A stretch of DNA of 64,000 bases from Candidatus Omnitrophota bacterium (GTDB lineage: Bacteria > Omnitrophota > Gorgyraeia > Zapsychrales > Zapsychraceae): NCBI GenBank assembly GCA_029261065.1, contig JAJDCB010000026.1:18715-82714 (forward strand). The letters are read 5' to 3'. Position 1 is the stretch's first letter, and every line of letters starts with the position of its first letter. Positions 1 through 10,027 of the stretch are shown one piece after another. The notes below the pieces were generated by a model. It was not told where the DNA came from, searched no databases, and saw only the letters and a list, made by a program, of their open reading frames with translations. Position numbers and translations under genes: made by a program.

Positions 1-637
1 CAAACGAGGCCCCCATGGCTACAAGAAGAATGACAGCATCGCACAACCTTTCAAAATTTTCCGGAAGAGCCTTAGAAACATATTTTTGAAAAAGTTGTCT
101 AAAGAGTGGAGCCATTCCCATTTCTTTGTGTAGAGCATGTAAAAAAATTAAACCCGCATGATCAATCTGTTCTCCATCAACAGTGGGCGCCATTTGAAAA
201 CTACTTGCAACATCATCTTTTATGATTTGTGGTTTGAAAGTATCCTCGACGGAGTTTTGGGTAATTTCCTTCGAATGAACTTTCGGAGATTCTTTTAACT
301 TTGGTTTGGTTCTCGGCTTGTCCTTCTTCTCGATTTTTAAGGCGGCTTCTTCCGAGGGCTTAAATCCAAATTTTTTAAAAGTGGAAGAAAGTTGTTCCTT
401 TTTGGCTTGTGGGATAGTAAATTTTTTGGCGGCACTTACGTTTCTGCCGCGCCTTCCCACCGAACTACTAAGCTGTGATTTTTTTAAAATGGTATTAATC
501 GATGACTTTGAAACTTTTACCTCAAAACATTCATAGACCAGCTCTGAGAGTTTACGACAACTCACACCTGGATCATTTTTCTTTGTATCAACAATAAATG
601 ATACAACTTCATCTTTAAGTTTATATATAACACCCAT
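1..637 (-). CDS. Hypothetical protein with N-terminal HTH-like region, partial (runs off window start)
   Basis: Manual translation from ATG at 637: MGVIYKLKDEVVSFIVDTKKNDPGVSCRKLSELVYECFEVKVSKSSINTILKKSQLSSSVGRR..., open to position 1. Absent from the ORF track because no stop lies in the window. Confidence 0.75.
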   Translation of the reverse strand, partial: MGVIYKLKDEVVSFIVDTKKNDPGVSCRKLSELVYECFEVKVSKSSINTILKKSQLSSSVGRRGRNVSAAKKFTIPQAKKEQLSSTFKKFGFKPSEEAALKIEKKDKPRTKPKLKESPKVHSKEITQNSVEDTFKPQIIKDDVASSFQMAPTVDGEQIDHAGLIFLHALHKEMGMAPLFRQLFQKYVSKALPENFERLCDAVILLVAMGASF

Positions 638-712
638 AATTTAATACCTTACCAAAATTTTTTGCGATATACGATTCCGAGCTCTCTTCGAAAAAAGAAA
701 AATTGAGTTACT

Positions 713-1111
713 TTACTTGTCCTTCTTTTTAATTACGATGTGATCGCCCACAGAGGTTTTACTTGAAGAAATGACGCCAACGGGTAACTCAATGGCGTAA
801 TTAGCCTTCCAATATATGGCACTTAATCGATTAGGTTTAATATCATTAACTATACCTACCACATAATTTTCTTTATTAAGAAAAATAACATCAATAGAAA
901 ATTCCATAAAAAACATATGAATAGAATTACACTTTGTGATAATTAGGGCCTCATCCTTAAATAATTTCTTTCTCCCAAGCAATCCTTTCATACGTGTCCA
1001 AAAGGTGTTGGCGAGTAAGCCATTGTCGGCGAGAGATGTATTTTTGGTTTGGTTAAGAATTTGAAAGGATAAGTCTTTATGGCTTTGAGATGATTGTAAG
1101 TGGTTGCTCAT
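713..1111 (-). CDS. DUF192 family protein
   Basis: Motifs ANTFWTRMKGLLGR, SIHMFFMEFSIDVIFL, YAIELPVG. ATG at 1111 preferred over the track's 1123 start. Confidence 0.85.
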   Translation of the reverse strand: MSNHLQSSQSHKDLSFQILNQTKNTSLADNGLLANTFWTRMKGLLGRKKLFKDEALIITKCNSIHMFFMEFSIDVIFLNKENYVVGIVNDIKPNRLSAIYWKANYAIELPVGVISSSKTSVGDHIVIKKKDK

Positions 1112-1198
1112 TTGAAGCCACACGCCTTTGAGGTTTTGGATAAATACTTGTGAGGCGCGATCCTTTTACTGTGGTTATTTTTTTTACGGAGGAAAAAG

Positions 1199-3370
1199 CT
1201 ACGAGTCTTTTTTGTTAAATATATTTTTATCCATTTGAAGACCTCGGGTAATAAAATCATCGTAACATTTTGGAATATAACCTGTGGTTTGATAATCACC
1301 CAAGACGACACCACCTTCACCAATGCCTGCCTGCTTATAAACAAAAACATCTGCAAGCTCCAATTGAAACTCTTTATCTAACCCAAGCGTTTCAGTAATT
1401 CCGGTAATTTTTCGTGTCCCATCAGACATCCTATTAACATGCACAACAATTTGAATAGCTGAGGAAATCATCTCGTTAATAGCACGAACGGGAAGCTCGA
1501 CACCACTTAACAAAATGAGAGAATGCAACCTTGTAATCGCATCTCTTGTGGAGTTGGCATGAAGGGTTGTCATGGATCCATCGTGCCCCGTGTTCATAGC
1601 TTGAAGCATATCTAAAACCTCGCCCCCTCGACACTCACCAATGAGGATTCGGTCCGGTCTCATACGAAGACTGTTAACAAATAAATCTCTAATAGTAACA
1701 GCACCTCGTCCTTCAACGTTCGGTGGACGAGTTTCTAACCGCCCCCAATGACTCTTTTTCAAACGTAACTCAGCAGCATCTTCAATGGTTAAAATACGTT
1801 CCTCGTCGGGGATAAATTCCGAGATAACATTAAGCAGGGTTGTCTTACCAGCACCCGTTCCCCCCGATACAATAATATTTTTTCGCGTCAAAACACACGC
1901 TTTAATAAAATCTCTCATATCAACCGTTAAACTTTTATATTTTTCTAATAAGTCTGTTGATTCTAATTTTTCATGAGCAAATTTTCGAATCGTAATCATA
2001 GGACCATTTAATGAAAGTGGTGGGATAATGGCATTAACACGAGATCCGTCGGGTAAACGGGCATCAACCATAGGTGTTGACTCATCAATTCTTCTTCCAA
2101 GAGGGGCGATGATTCTATCAATAATGGCTCTCATCTTGTCATTCGATATAAATTTTCTATTTGTAAAAACAAGCTTACCGCTTTTCTCAACGTAAATTGT
2201 GTCTTTATTGTTAGCCATAATATCCGTGACTTCTGGATCTGCCAAAAACTCCTCCAAAGGTCCTAAACCAAGGGCTTCATTAACGATATCCTTTACTAAA
2301 CGCGTCCGCTCATCGTGTGAACCTATGGTTCCCCCACTTTCTTCCAATAAAAGGTTTCCAACAATTTCTTCTGAACTCTTCTTAACTTTTAGAGCGGCAC
2401 TCGGATCGCTTAATGTATCAATCGTAATACCATCTAAATTCAATCTTTCGACGAGCTTTTCATGAATTTTTTGTTTGAGTGCGAAAATTTCGGATTCTTC
2501 TGTTGTATACCCCGCATCCGGTCCCGGTCCCGAAGGTACACCTGTGGTAACACCAAACTTTTGCCAAAATTTATCTGGTTGCTCTAAACCTTCTGTTGTT
2601 CGTAATGTTTCGGTATCCGCTGGCTTTACAAAAATGGCTTCCTTAATTAGCATACTAATTGTTTTAACAAAAGCCTCTGTAACTTTACTTCGAGGGCTAT
2701 CAACGACACAAGGAATCCCTTGATTTAATGCAATTCCAACCGTTTTACCATCAGATGGAATGTGACTAAATATTTCACAAGGCAAGGCCGAACGCACTTC
2801 CTGCCAGGCAACACTACCTCGAGATTCAGAACGATTTAAGATAAGCTTAACCATCTTTAGAGGATATTGTAAGTTTTGCAAAACCTCCAAACACCACTTT
2901 ATTTGGTAAACAGCAAGAATGTCTGGGGTTGCGATTAGAAGAATGAGGTTGGAGTAATCAAGAACAGCAATCAAGTTTTCTGAAAAAGACTTACCTGCGT
3001 CGACAAAAATGTAATCATAGGCAGTGATAGCTTTTTTAAAAAATAATTTTATATTGTCTGGAGTAACTAAACTAATTTGTTGAGCATTTTTTATAGCTGG
3101 TAGGAAATCTATACCGCAGGAATGGGTTGTTACAAAACTTTTAACAGCATTTGGATCATCATTGCCTTCCAGTTGTCCTATGACATCAGCGATGCAATTT
3201 CTGGGTGATAAATTAAGCATGCGAGCCATGTCTTGGCTAGCCTGAAAATCAAGATCTATTAAAAGAACTTTTTTCCCTGTTAAGGACATTGCTGCCGCTA
3301 GATTAACAGTTGCAAAGGTCTTTCCAACACCCCCCTTAGAACTAAATATTGTTATAATTTTACAATCCAT
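1199..3370 (-). CDS. Fused Tad pilus protein: N-terminal CpaE/TadZ (MinD/ParA-like) plus C-terminal CpaF/TadA ATPase
   Basis: N-terminal SSKGGVGKT and LIDLD. C-terminal [69 protein letters not shown]. Confidence 0.92.
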   Translation of the reverse strand: MDCKIITIFSSKGGVGKTFATVNLAAAMSLTGKKVLLIDLDFQASQDMARMLNLSPRNCIADVIGQLEGNDDPNAVKSFVTTHSCGIDFLPAIKNAQQISLVTPDNIKLFFKKAITAYDYIFVDAGKSFSENLIAVLDYSNLILLIATPDILAVYQIKWCLEVLQNLQYPLKMVKLILNRSESRGSVAWQEVRSALPCEIFSHIPSDGKTVGIALNQGIPCVVDSPRSKVTEAFVKTISMLIKEAIFVKPADTETLRTTEGLEQPDKFWQKFGVTTGVPSGPGPDAGYTTEESEIFALKQKIHEKLVERLNLDGITIDTLSDPSAALKVKKSSEEIVGNLLLEESGGTIGSHDERTRLVKDIVNEALGLGPLEEFLADPEVTDIMANNKDTIYVEKSGKLVFTNRKFISNDKMRAIIDRIIAPLGRRIDESTPMVDARLPDGSRVNAIIPPLSLNGPMITIRKFAHEKLESTDLLEKYKSLTVDMRDFIKACVLTRKNIIVSGGTGAGKTTLLNVISEFIPDEERILTIEDAAELRLKKSHWGRLETRPPNVEGRGAVTIRDLFVNSLRMRPDRILIGECRGGEVLDMLQAMNTGHDGSMTTLHANSTRDAITRLHSLILLSGVELPVRAINEMISSAIQIVVHVNRMSDGTRKITGITETLGLDKEFQLELADVFVYKQAGIGEGGVVLGDYQTTGYIPKCYDDFITRGLQMDKNIFNKKDS

Positions 3371-3429
3371 AATCTAAAATTATGTTACAAACCTTTTGTT
3401 ATAATTGACTACTCATTTTTGATTTATAT

Positions 3430-3458
3430 AATCTATCAAATGCGCAGTCTCTTTGCAA
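3430..3458 (-). promoter_or_regulatory. Putative sigma70 promoter of the cpaE-cpaF fusion gene
   Basis: TTGCAA-N17-TAGATT on the minus strand. Confidence 0.45.
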
Positions 3459-3519
3459 GTACGTTGTCTTCTTAGGTAAAAAGCTAGAAATTTCAGGTCT
3501 CTTTATAACAAATTAAATA

Positions 3520-5184
3520 CTAATTTTTTTGTAAACTATAAACAATAGGTATAGTGACATTTAATTCTTGCAGATCGGAGTTGGCGGGAAAACTAGAAAA
3601 TGGAGCAGAATTTTTTGCTGTTTCTAAAGCAATATCATCAAAAATATTGCGACCCGAAGATTCTTTAACCAAAGCAAAAGCAAGTGTTCCATCGTTAAGA
3701 ATAAGCATTCCAACCTTGACTGTTCCTTCCCATCCGTACCTTAAGGCTTCTTCTGGATAAACAACGCCTTTAGATATTTGTTTCTGAATGCTTCGCACAT
3801 AGGCTGTCATTTCGCGGGGAATCCCAGAATAATAAGGGGCAACATCTTTTATCGTTGGCGTCGCTAATCTTTGCGACTGAGAACTTTCATTACCCATCAT
3901 GGATGTCTTTGCGTTATCATCACTTTGTTCGTTATTATCTTCTTTTTCTGTAGATAAATCATTACGATACTTATGTAAAATACGAGGCGTTAGTGAAATA
4001 ACGATTTCCGTATCTGTTTCCGGCGTTGGCATAGATTTGCTACGGAAGAGAGCTCCGACGACAGGTACATTTCCTAGGAAAGGAACCTTTTTAATGCTCT
4101 CAGAACGTAATTCTCTAATTAATCCGGCCATAATAGTTGTTTGCCCATCGTCCAAAAATAAATGTGTCTGAGCACTTCTTGTGACAAAGGCGACATCATC
4201 ACCAACGGCATTGGCAGCATCAATATCGCTAATTTCAACACTCATTGAAATGTCAATTTTTTCTTTAATAATCGTTGGTGTAATCGACATAGATACACCA
4301 TATTCTTTATAAGCAACATTTGCTGATGTAACACCTTCAGATGTTGTGGTTGTTCTTACAGGAACTTCTCCACCTACTAAAAATGTTGCCTGCTCGCCAC
4401 TACTAACAAGTAGTTTTGGCTTTGACAACACTCGTCCTTTTCCTTCTTCTAATAAGGCATTAATTACGGACAATAAAGGCGTTGTGCGTCTAAAATCACC
4501 GATTTTAAAATAATCTGAAACGGAACCATCTAGGCTTGGCAATGTTTCCGCATATTTTAATATAATTCTACTATCGGCACCTGTTGACCAATCAAAACCT
4601 AAACTTTTAGTCAGAGTCGTATTAAGCTCTGTTACCTGCATATTAATTTCAAGTAAGTCGTCAATTTCTTCAAGTTTTGCCAGGTTTATAATATGATCGT
4701 CAAAAGGCGTTAAGATTTGATCTAAGTGATCTTCTCTATGTTCTGGAATGTACCCAGAAACAATAATTCGTCCTTCTTTTTTATTTATGTCTAAATCAAT
4801 CTTCGTAATTCTCGCGGAATCCAAAAGTTTTTGAATTCTCTTTTTAATATACTCTAGATCTTCTGCTGTTACATTAATGACAATTGGTCTCTTTCCATTT
4901 TCATCCCAAACAAATAAAGTTGTAATACCAACACTTTGCGCGACAAGTAAAATTTCATTGTCGTCGGCATCAACAATGTCGACAATATCTGGATCTGTTA
5001 TAGAAAGTCTTGTTAAGGTGTATACCTTTAATGTCACAAGTTCACCTTTGACCATTTGAACTTCATTTATATAGACGGTATCTATAACCTCGCTAAGTGC
5101 GTTTTTAGCAAGAAATGGCGCTGATACCATTGTGAGGACGATTAAAAAAGTAAAAAAGATCTGAGTATACGAATGTTTTTTCAT
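3520..5184 (-). CDS. cpaC: RcpA/CpaC-type Tad secretin with C-terminal TonB_C-like domain
   Basis: Signal peptide; pilus N domain (LSITDPDIVDIV...GITTLFVWD); secretin core (VLSKPKLLVSSGEQATFLVGGEVP, KVPFLGNVPVVGALFRS); tail YPEEALRYGWEGTVKV...SSG...D..AL...APF. Confidence 0.88.
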   Translation of the reverse strand: MKKHSYTQIFFTFLIVLTMVSAPFLAKNALSEVIDTVYINEVQMVKGELVTLKVYTLTRLSITDPDIVDIVDADDNEILLVAQSVGITTLFVWDENGKRPIVINVTAEDLEYIKKRIQKLLDSARITKIDLDINKKEGRIIVSGYIPEHREDHLDQILTPFDDHIINLAKLEEIDDLLEINMQVTELNTTLTKSLGFDWSTGADSRIILKYAETLPSLDGSVSDYFKIGDFRRTTPLLSVINALLEEGKGRVLSKPKLLVSSGEQATFLVGGEVPVRTTTTSEGVTSANVAYKEYGVSMSITPTIIKEKIDISMSVEISDIDAANAVGDDVAFVTRSAQTHLFLDDGQTTIMAGLIRELRSESIKKVPFLGNVPVVGALFRSKSMPTPETDTEIVISLTPRILHKYRNDLSTEKEDNNEQSDDNAKTSMMGNESSQSQRLATPTIKDVAPYYSGIPREMTAYVRSIQKQISKGVVYPEEALRYGWEGTVKVGMLILNDGTLAFALVKESSGRNIFDDIALETAKNSAPFSSFPANSDLQELNVTIPIVYSLQKN

Positions 5185-5187
5185 GGT

Positions 5188-6033
5188 TTACAACTCTCTT
5201 CCTGCTCTAAAAATTTGAATGAATGGTTCCACTTCATCAGAATCATCGTCAGAAACCTCATTGACCACGATACTAGATTTTGGTAGATCCAACTCTGTTC
5301 CTTGTCTCTCAAGAACATAATCTGCAAGAGCATCCCAAGAGGCAACTTGCATTTCTTTAGTGGACCTTTCAGAAGGGGACCTTAGTGTTAATTGTAGGCG
5401 TCCAAAAGACTGCGCAAAGGATAGAAGCGAGGCTTCTTCTGGATTAACGGCAAGTGTTACATTTAATTGTTTAGTTTGTTGTTGTGTTTGATAGAGTACG
5501 GCGTTTCCAACGGGCTTAAAATTTGCCCCAACAGCAAGGACTTGAACATTTTGAAATAACACACTTGTTACTTTTGTGTTATCTTGTGATTCGCCTGGTT
5601 TAGGAATTTTTAAATGGCCAATGATGTCAACAAAATCACCTGGATTAATCAAACCGCCAACCGCAGACAACGAATCAAGCAATACGGTCATCGCTCGTTT
5701 CCCAGGCGGAGTTACTACTGAGAAAACAGTGCTGTCGACTATTTCTTTTGGTGCTCCCGGACCAACATTACCTGCTCCACGTGGTTGGGAGGCGAGATGT
5801 TTTTGTTGTTTTGCTAAAGAAACTTGATTTTGTTCTAACTTCTTTAGTTGTCCTCTTAATCCTTCAAATTCTTGAATAATTTTAGAGCTTTTCTTCTCAT
5901 AATTTTTTACGATAATCTTACGTTGTTCGTCAATACTACTCTTAACATATTGTGCTGTTAAATAGGCTGCAACCAAACCTAATCCTATCGCTAAAGCTAA
6001 TGTTGCAAACTGTTTTTTATTTTCAATATTCAT
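5188..6033 (-). CDS. cpaB: Flp pilus assembly protein CpaB/RcpC
   Basis: N-terminal TM helix; PGKRAMTV, AVGGLINPGDFVDII, LFQNVQVLAVG, VTLAVNPEEA, LQLTLRS. Confidence 0.9.
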   Translation of the reverse strand: MNIENKKQFATLALAIGLGLVAAYLTAQYVKSSIDEQRKIIVKNYEKKSSKIIQEFEGLRGQLKKLEQNQVSLAKQQKHLASQPRGAGNVGPGAPKEIVDSTVFSVVTPPGKRAMTVLLDSLSAVGGLINPGDFVDIIGHLKIPKPGESQDNTKVTSVLFQNVQVLAVGANFKPVGNAVLYQTQQQTKQLNVTLAVNPEEASLLSFAQSFGRLQLTLRSPSERSTKEMQVASWDALADYVLERQGTELDLPKSSIVVNEVSDDDSDEVEPFIQIFRAGREL

Positions 6034-6088
6034 AACATAAACCTCTTTACGTAAACTTTAAGATATTTGGACTGCCAAGAACATTAAT

Positions 6089-7048
6089 CTATTTCAATAG
6101 ATCGCTGTTTATCTCTACAGAACCTTTTTCTCTTAATTCATTGATATATTCAAGGATCACTTTTTGCTGCTTATCCAACGTAATTTGCTGAATAATTGTA
6201 TTTTTAACCTCTTCAAAAGGAATCTGTTCTCCGCCTTGCTTATCTTCCAGCTTAATGATGTAGTAACCATCCGGACCTTGAAAAACATCACTTGTCTCTC
6301 CCTCACTAAGAGCTAATAAAGGAGCAGCCATTTGCTCAAAAGGAACATCATTAATAAAACCCAAATCTCCGCCCTTAAGCGACGTGTCACTTTTTGAGTG
6401 CTCTCTTGCTAAAGATGCAAAGTCTTCACCACTTTGGATTTTTAACTTTATCTCATTTGCTTTGGATTCGGAATCGAGCTTGATTTCGCGAACTTGCCAT
6501 TGCCCAGGCTGTGTTATTAAATCTTTGTTGAGATCATAAAACTCTCTGGCCTCATCGCTCGATACTTTAACATCTTCGACAAGACCTCGAGCAAGTTCTC
6601 TAACAATAACTGTTCGGCGAAATTCTTCGACTGCGGCGACAATATCTTTACTATTGGCTAAGCCTGATCTTTCGGCCTCATTAACTAATAGCTGTTGTCT
6701 TACCAACTCTTCTAAGACTAACTCGCGAGCTTCTAAATTTGAAAGATCAAAATCTGGAACAACTTCTTTTAAGGCTTCTAGCCTATCATTAAATTCTTCT
6801 AAGGTTAAAGACCAATTGCCAACAACCGCAACCGTGTTGCCTGTTAAGGTAGGTTGACTTTTAGCTTTTTCTTTCGGTGCTTCGGACTGTTGTTTTTCTT
6901 CCTTGGCAGTATTCTTTTCTTCTGTTTTGGAAAAACGATCTTTGATGCTTTTAAAAACTTCACAACCCAACGAGCTTGTAACTGTAATAAAGCAAAAAAG
7001 AATTAAAAATGCGTGGTACTTGTGGTGCCCAATTTTATTCTTTTTCAT
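6089..7048 (-). CDS. Parvulin-type peptidyl-prolyl isomerase (PrsA/SurA-like), probable lipoprotein
   Basis: Lipobox-like SLGC; FASLAREHSKSDTSLKGGDLGF; GYYIIKL. Confidence 0.85.
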   Translation of the reverse strand: MKKNKIGHHKYHAFLILFCFITVTSSLGCEVFKSIKDRFSKTEEKNTAKEEKQQSEAPKEKAKSQPTLTGNTVAVVGNWSLTLEEFNDRLEALKEVVPDFDLSNLEARELVLEELVRQQLLVNEAERSGLANSKDIVAAVEEFRRTVIVRELARGLVEDVKVSSDEAREFYDLNKDLITQPGQWQVREIKLDSESKANEIKLKIQSGEDFASLAREHSKSDTSLKGGDLGFINDVPFEQMAAPLLALSEGETSDVFQGPDGYYIIKLEDKQGGEQIPFEEVKNTIIQQITLDKQQKVILEYINELREKGSVEINSDLLK

Positions 7049-7113
7049 TTTTTAAAACCTGTTTCTTTCTATAAATCGGTCATATATGACTGTTTAGGTC
7101 AATAATATTATTA

Positions 7114-7142
7114 AGTATACCCGCTCGATCAGCAAAAGACAA
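7114..7142 (-). promoter_or_regulatory. Putative sigma70 promoter of the PPIase-cpaB-cpaC operon
   Basis: TTGTCT-N17-TATACT on the minus strand. Confidence 0.55.
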
Positions 7143-7428
7143 GGGCAATCCAGAAAATTCATATTTTTTCTGGAAATACCTCACCGAATTCGATAAAAAT
7201 TCCCCTTCTGATTGAATTCGCCCTATCATTTACCCGAGTAATTATAATTTTAATGGAAAATTATGCTCTTGTCATCATAAAATGCCTATTTTTTGAGCAA
7301 GAAAATCGCCGACAGAGATAACTTTAGGTGTATTTTTGGTGCCGATAGGAAGATATTACAATTTTTATACTTTCCTATACGGCAAAAAATTCTATTCCAA
7401 AATAAAATAATTCGTGATTTTGAACCCC

Positions 7429-8415
7429 TTAAGTCAAAAGCTCTTTAACCGCCTCTCTTTCAGAAATGAGCTCCTTATGTGTCACGTCAATTTTCTGCTG
7501 AGAGAAATCATTATGCTCTACTCCTTGGACAACCTCCCATTTTTCTCCATCTGTTCGAATAGGATAACTAAAGATTAGCCCTTCCTCCACACCATAGCTT
7601 CCATCCGAACATACTGCAACAGAGAAGCTTTCGCCACTTTTGGTGGGAGTAGATAGATTACGAACGGTGTCAACAACAGCATTAGCCGCTGAGGCCGCTG
7701 ATGATAGCCCTCGCGCTGCTATGATAGCCGCACCGCGTTTCTGTACGGTCTCTAGAAACTCCGTTTGAAGCCAATTCTCATCCGTAATGACCTCATTAGC
7801 CGGCTTGCCCCCAATCATGGCATTATAAATATCGGGGTATTGCGTTGCAGAATGATTGCCCCAGATAATGAGATTTTTGATCTCTGTGACATCCACCTGT
7901 GCCTTTTGCGAAATTTGAGCATATGCTCTATTTTGGTCAAGCATGGTCAGAGCAAACACATTTTTGGGGTCAATATTCTTAGCGGCATGTTTTGCAATGA
8001 AAGCGTTTGTGTTGCAAGGGTTTCCAACAACTAGCACCTTACAGCTTGGCTTAGCATTATCGGAAATGGCCTTTCCCTGGGCTGTAAATATGCCCCCGTT
8101 TATTTTAAGCAGATCGCCACGCTCCATACCAGCCTTTCTTGGAACACTTCCAACCAACAAGCACCAATCAGCATCCTTAAAGGCCACATTAGCATCAGCA
8201 CTTTGGGTAACGCTCTTTAATAAAGGGAAGGAGCAATCATCTAATTCCATGACAACCCCTTTTAAAGCTGGAAGGGCGGCCTCCAATTCCAGCAGATTAA
8301 GATGGACTTCTGTATCCGCTCCAAACATCTGGCCTGAAGCAATTCTAAATAATAACGCATATCCAATTTGTCCGGCAGATCCCGTGACAGCAACTCTTAC
8401 TGACTTCTTCGACAT
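7429..8415 (-). CDS. mdh: Malate dehydrogenase (MDH type 2)
   Basis: [46 protein letters not shown]. Confidence 0.96.
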   Translation of the reverse strand: MSKKSVRVAVTGSAGQIGYALLFRIASGQMFGADTEVHLNLLELEAALPALKGVVMELDDCSFPLLKSVTQSADANVAFKDADWCLLVGSVPRKAGMERGDLLKINGGIFTAQGKAISDNAKPSCKVLVVGNPCNTNAFIAKHAAKNIDPKNVFALTMLDQNRAYAQISQKAQVDVTEIKNLIIWGNHSATQYPDIYNAMIGGKPANEVITDENWLQTEFLETVQKRGAAIIAARGLSSAASAANAVVDTVRNLSTPTKSGESFSVAVCSDGSYGVEEGLIFSYPIRTDGEKWEVVQGVEHNDFSQQKIDVTHKELISEREAVKELLT

Positions 8416-8462
8416 TTCTTTCTCCTTTTGATAATACTGATAATGTTGTGCTTACTACATTT

Positions 8463-8501
8463 ATTTAGGAATTTCGAAGCTTTAACAAAATTCCAGATTG
8501 G
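8463..8501. repeat. Dispersed REP-like palindrome, family B copy 1
   Basis: ATTTAGGAATTTCGAAGCTTTAACAAAATTCCAGATTGG; near-identical copies at 41192, 47791 and (inverted) 57167. Confidence 0.9.
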
Positions 8502-8555
8502 TTTAATGCCCCGTGGCTTGCTGCGGATAATTGAGTCCAAAGCTTACTTTTGGGT

Positions 8556-9362
8556 TCATACCCTTGATTTTCGAACACTAGGTAAAATCTTTCTACAACG
8601 CACCAATTCCTTCATATCCAATTTGGCATAGATGATCTCTTCTCTATTATTAGAAGCCTTCGCAAGAATCTCTCCCCAAGGGCTAACAATCATACTATTA
8701 CCATAAAGTTTAATCCCTCGATTGTCTGTGCCCAATTGATTTGGCGCCAAAACATAACAAAGGTTTTCAATAGCGCGAGCCCTAACTAATATTTTCCAAT
8801 GAGCTTCGCCTGTTTTTTGTGTAAAGGCGGAAGGGATCGCAAGGATGTGGGCCCCATCTTGTGCATAACTCTGATACAAATTAGGAAAACGCAAATCATA
8901 ACAAATAGAAAGTCCACATTTAAATTTATCAACTTTTGAAAGGGTTCGTTTTTTTCCTTTTAAAAAATTATTAGACTCCCTAATCTTTTTCTGGCCTAAC
9001 AGAGCATCAAACATATTTATCTTTCGATACTTTGCTTGAATCTGCCCCTTAGGATTGATTAAAAGAGATGTGTTGTAAACCTTTCTCTGTGTGGACACCT
9101 TTTCATAAATTGATCCTGCTAATACGTGTATTTTTCTTTTTTTAGCAAGGTCTTTTATGGGATTTATCGACGGGCCAGGTGTTGACTCTGCGATCGATTG
9201 CAATAAAGTTTTATTCGCTATTGCCCCGCGATAAGAGAAAACTTCCGGTAGTAAAATAAATTTTGCGCGAGCATCAGCCGCTCGATTAATAAAGTCTAGA
9301 GCTTTATCGATATTTTTTTGTTTATTGTTCTGTGCATTTAGTTGTATCAAAGCTGTTTTCAT
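8556..9362 (-). CDS. Carbon-nitrogen hydrolase (Nit1/YafV-like amidase)
   Basis: Catalytic triad contexts LLPEVF, YRKIN, ICYDLRFP; TGEAHW..LVRARAIEN. Confidence 0.9.
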   Translation of the reverse strand: MKTALIQLNAQNNKQKNIDKALDFINRAADARAKFILLPEVFSYRGAIANKTLLQSIAESTPGPSINPIKDLAKKRKIHVLAGSIYEKVSTQRKVYNTSLLINPKGQIQAKYRKINMFDALLGQKKIRESNNFLKGKKRTLSKVDKFKCGLSICYDLRFPNLYQSYAQDGAHILAIPSAFTQKTGEAHWKILVRARAIENLCYVLAPNQLGTDNRGIKLYGNSMIVSPWGEILAKASNNREEIIYAKLDMKELVRCRKILPSVRKSRV

Positions 9363-9364
9363 AA

Positions 9365-10012
9365 TTAACCTTCTGTAAACTTCTTTAAGCTTTCACCGTA
9401 TGTCTCATGACACATGGCGTAGAAAGGTTCCTGTTTTAAAGAAACGCGCCACTGTGTAATATTTTTATATGCATTTAAATCAATCTGGCAGACATCAGCA
9501 GGATCTAACATAGCAAGAAGAGCCACGTCCGCTAAAGAAAAATCTTCTCCGGCTAAAAATGGTCTTTGAAATAGTTGCTGATCAATGGTTGGAAGATATT
9601 TTCCTAAAAACATAACGCCATCCTTTAAAGATTGTTCATCAATTTTCTTTCCAATAATTTTGGCAAAAACACGATTAAATAAAACCTTTCCGACGGGAAT
9701 ACCAATATGAAAGGCCGAGAAGTCTGACCATTGATCAACAATCGCCCTTTTTTCTGGATCTACAGGATAAATGGATGACCCTATCTTATCTGCCAGATAT
9801 CTACAGATAACACCGCTCTCAAATAAAACAAAACCATTGTCATCGATAACAGGTATCTTCCCAAACGGGTTCAACTCTAAGAATTCAGGTTTACGATTAT
9901 CGCCTTCCTTGATCCGAATGCGTATATATTCATATTCCATTCCTAAATAATTGGCAACTAATCGTACTCGAATAGCTGGTGCGGATAAATCTGCGCCATA
10001 AATTTTTAACAT
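9365..10012 (-). CDS. Glutathione S-transferase family protein
   Basis: LNPFGKIPVIDDNGFVLFESGVICRYL; FLAGEDFSLADV. Confidence 0.92.
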   Translation of the reverse strand: MLKIYGADLSAPAIRVRLVANYLGMEYEYIRIRIKEGDNRKPEFLELNPFGKIPVIDDNGFVLFESGVICRYLADKIGSSIYPVDPEKRAIVDQWSDFSAFHIGIPVGKVLFNRVFAKIIGKKIDEQSLKDGVMFLGKYLPTIDQQLFQRPFLAGEDFSLADVALLAMLDPADVCQIDLNAYKNITQWRVSLKQEPFYAMCHETYGESLKKFTEG

Positions 10013-10027
10013 AATTAAATCTCCCTA

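Noticed and set aside
8428-8631. 67-aa plus-strand ORF
   Set aside because: Mostly a translation of the family B repeat (FRNFEAL..FQIG) and antisense to the amidase end.
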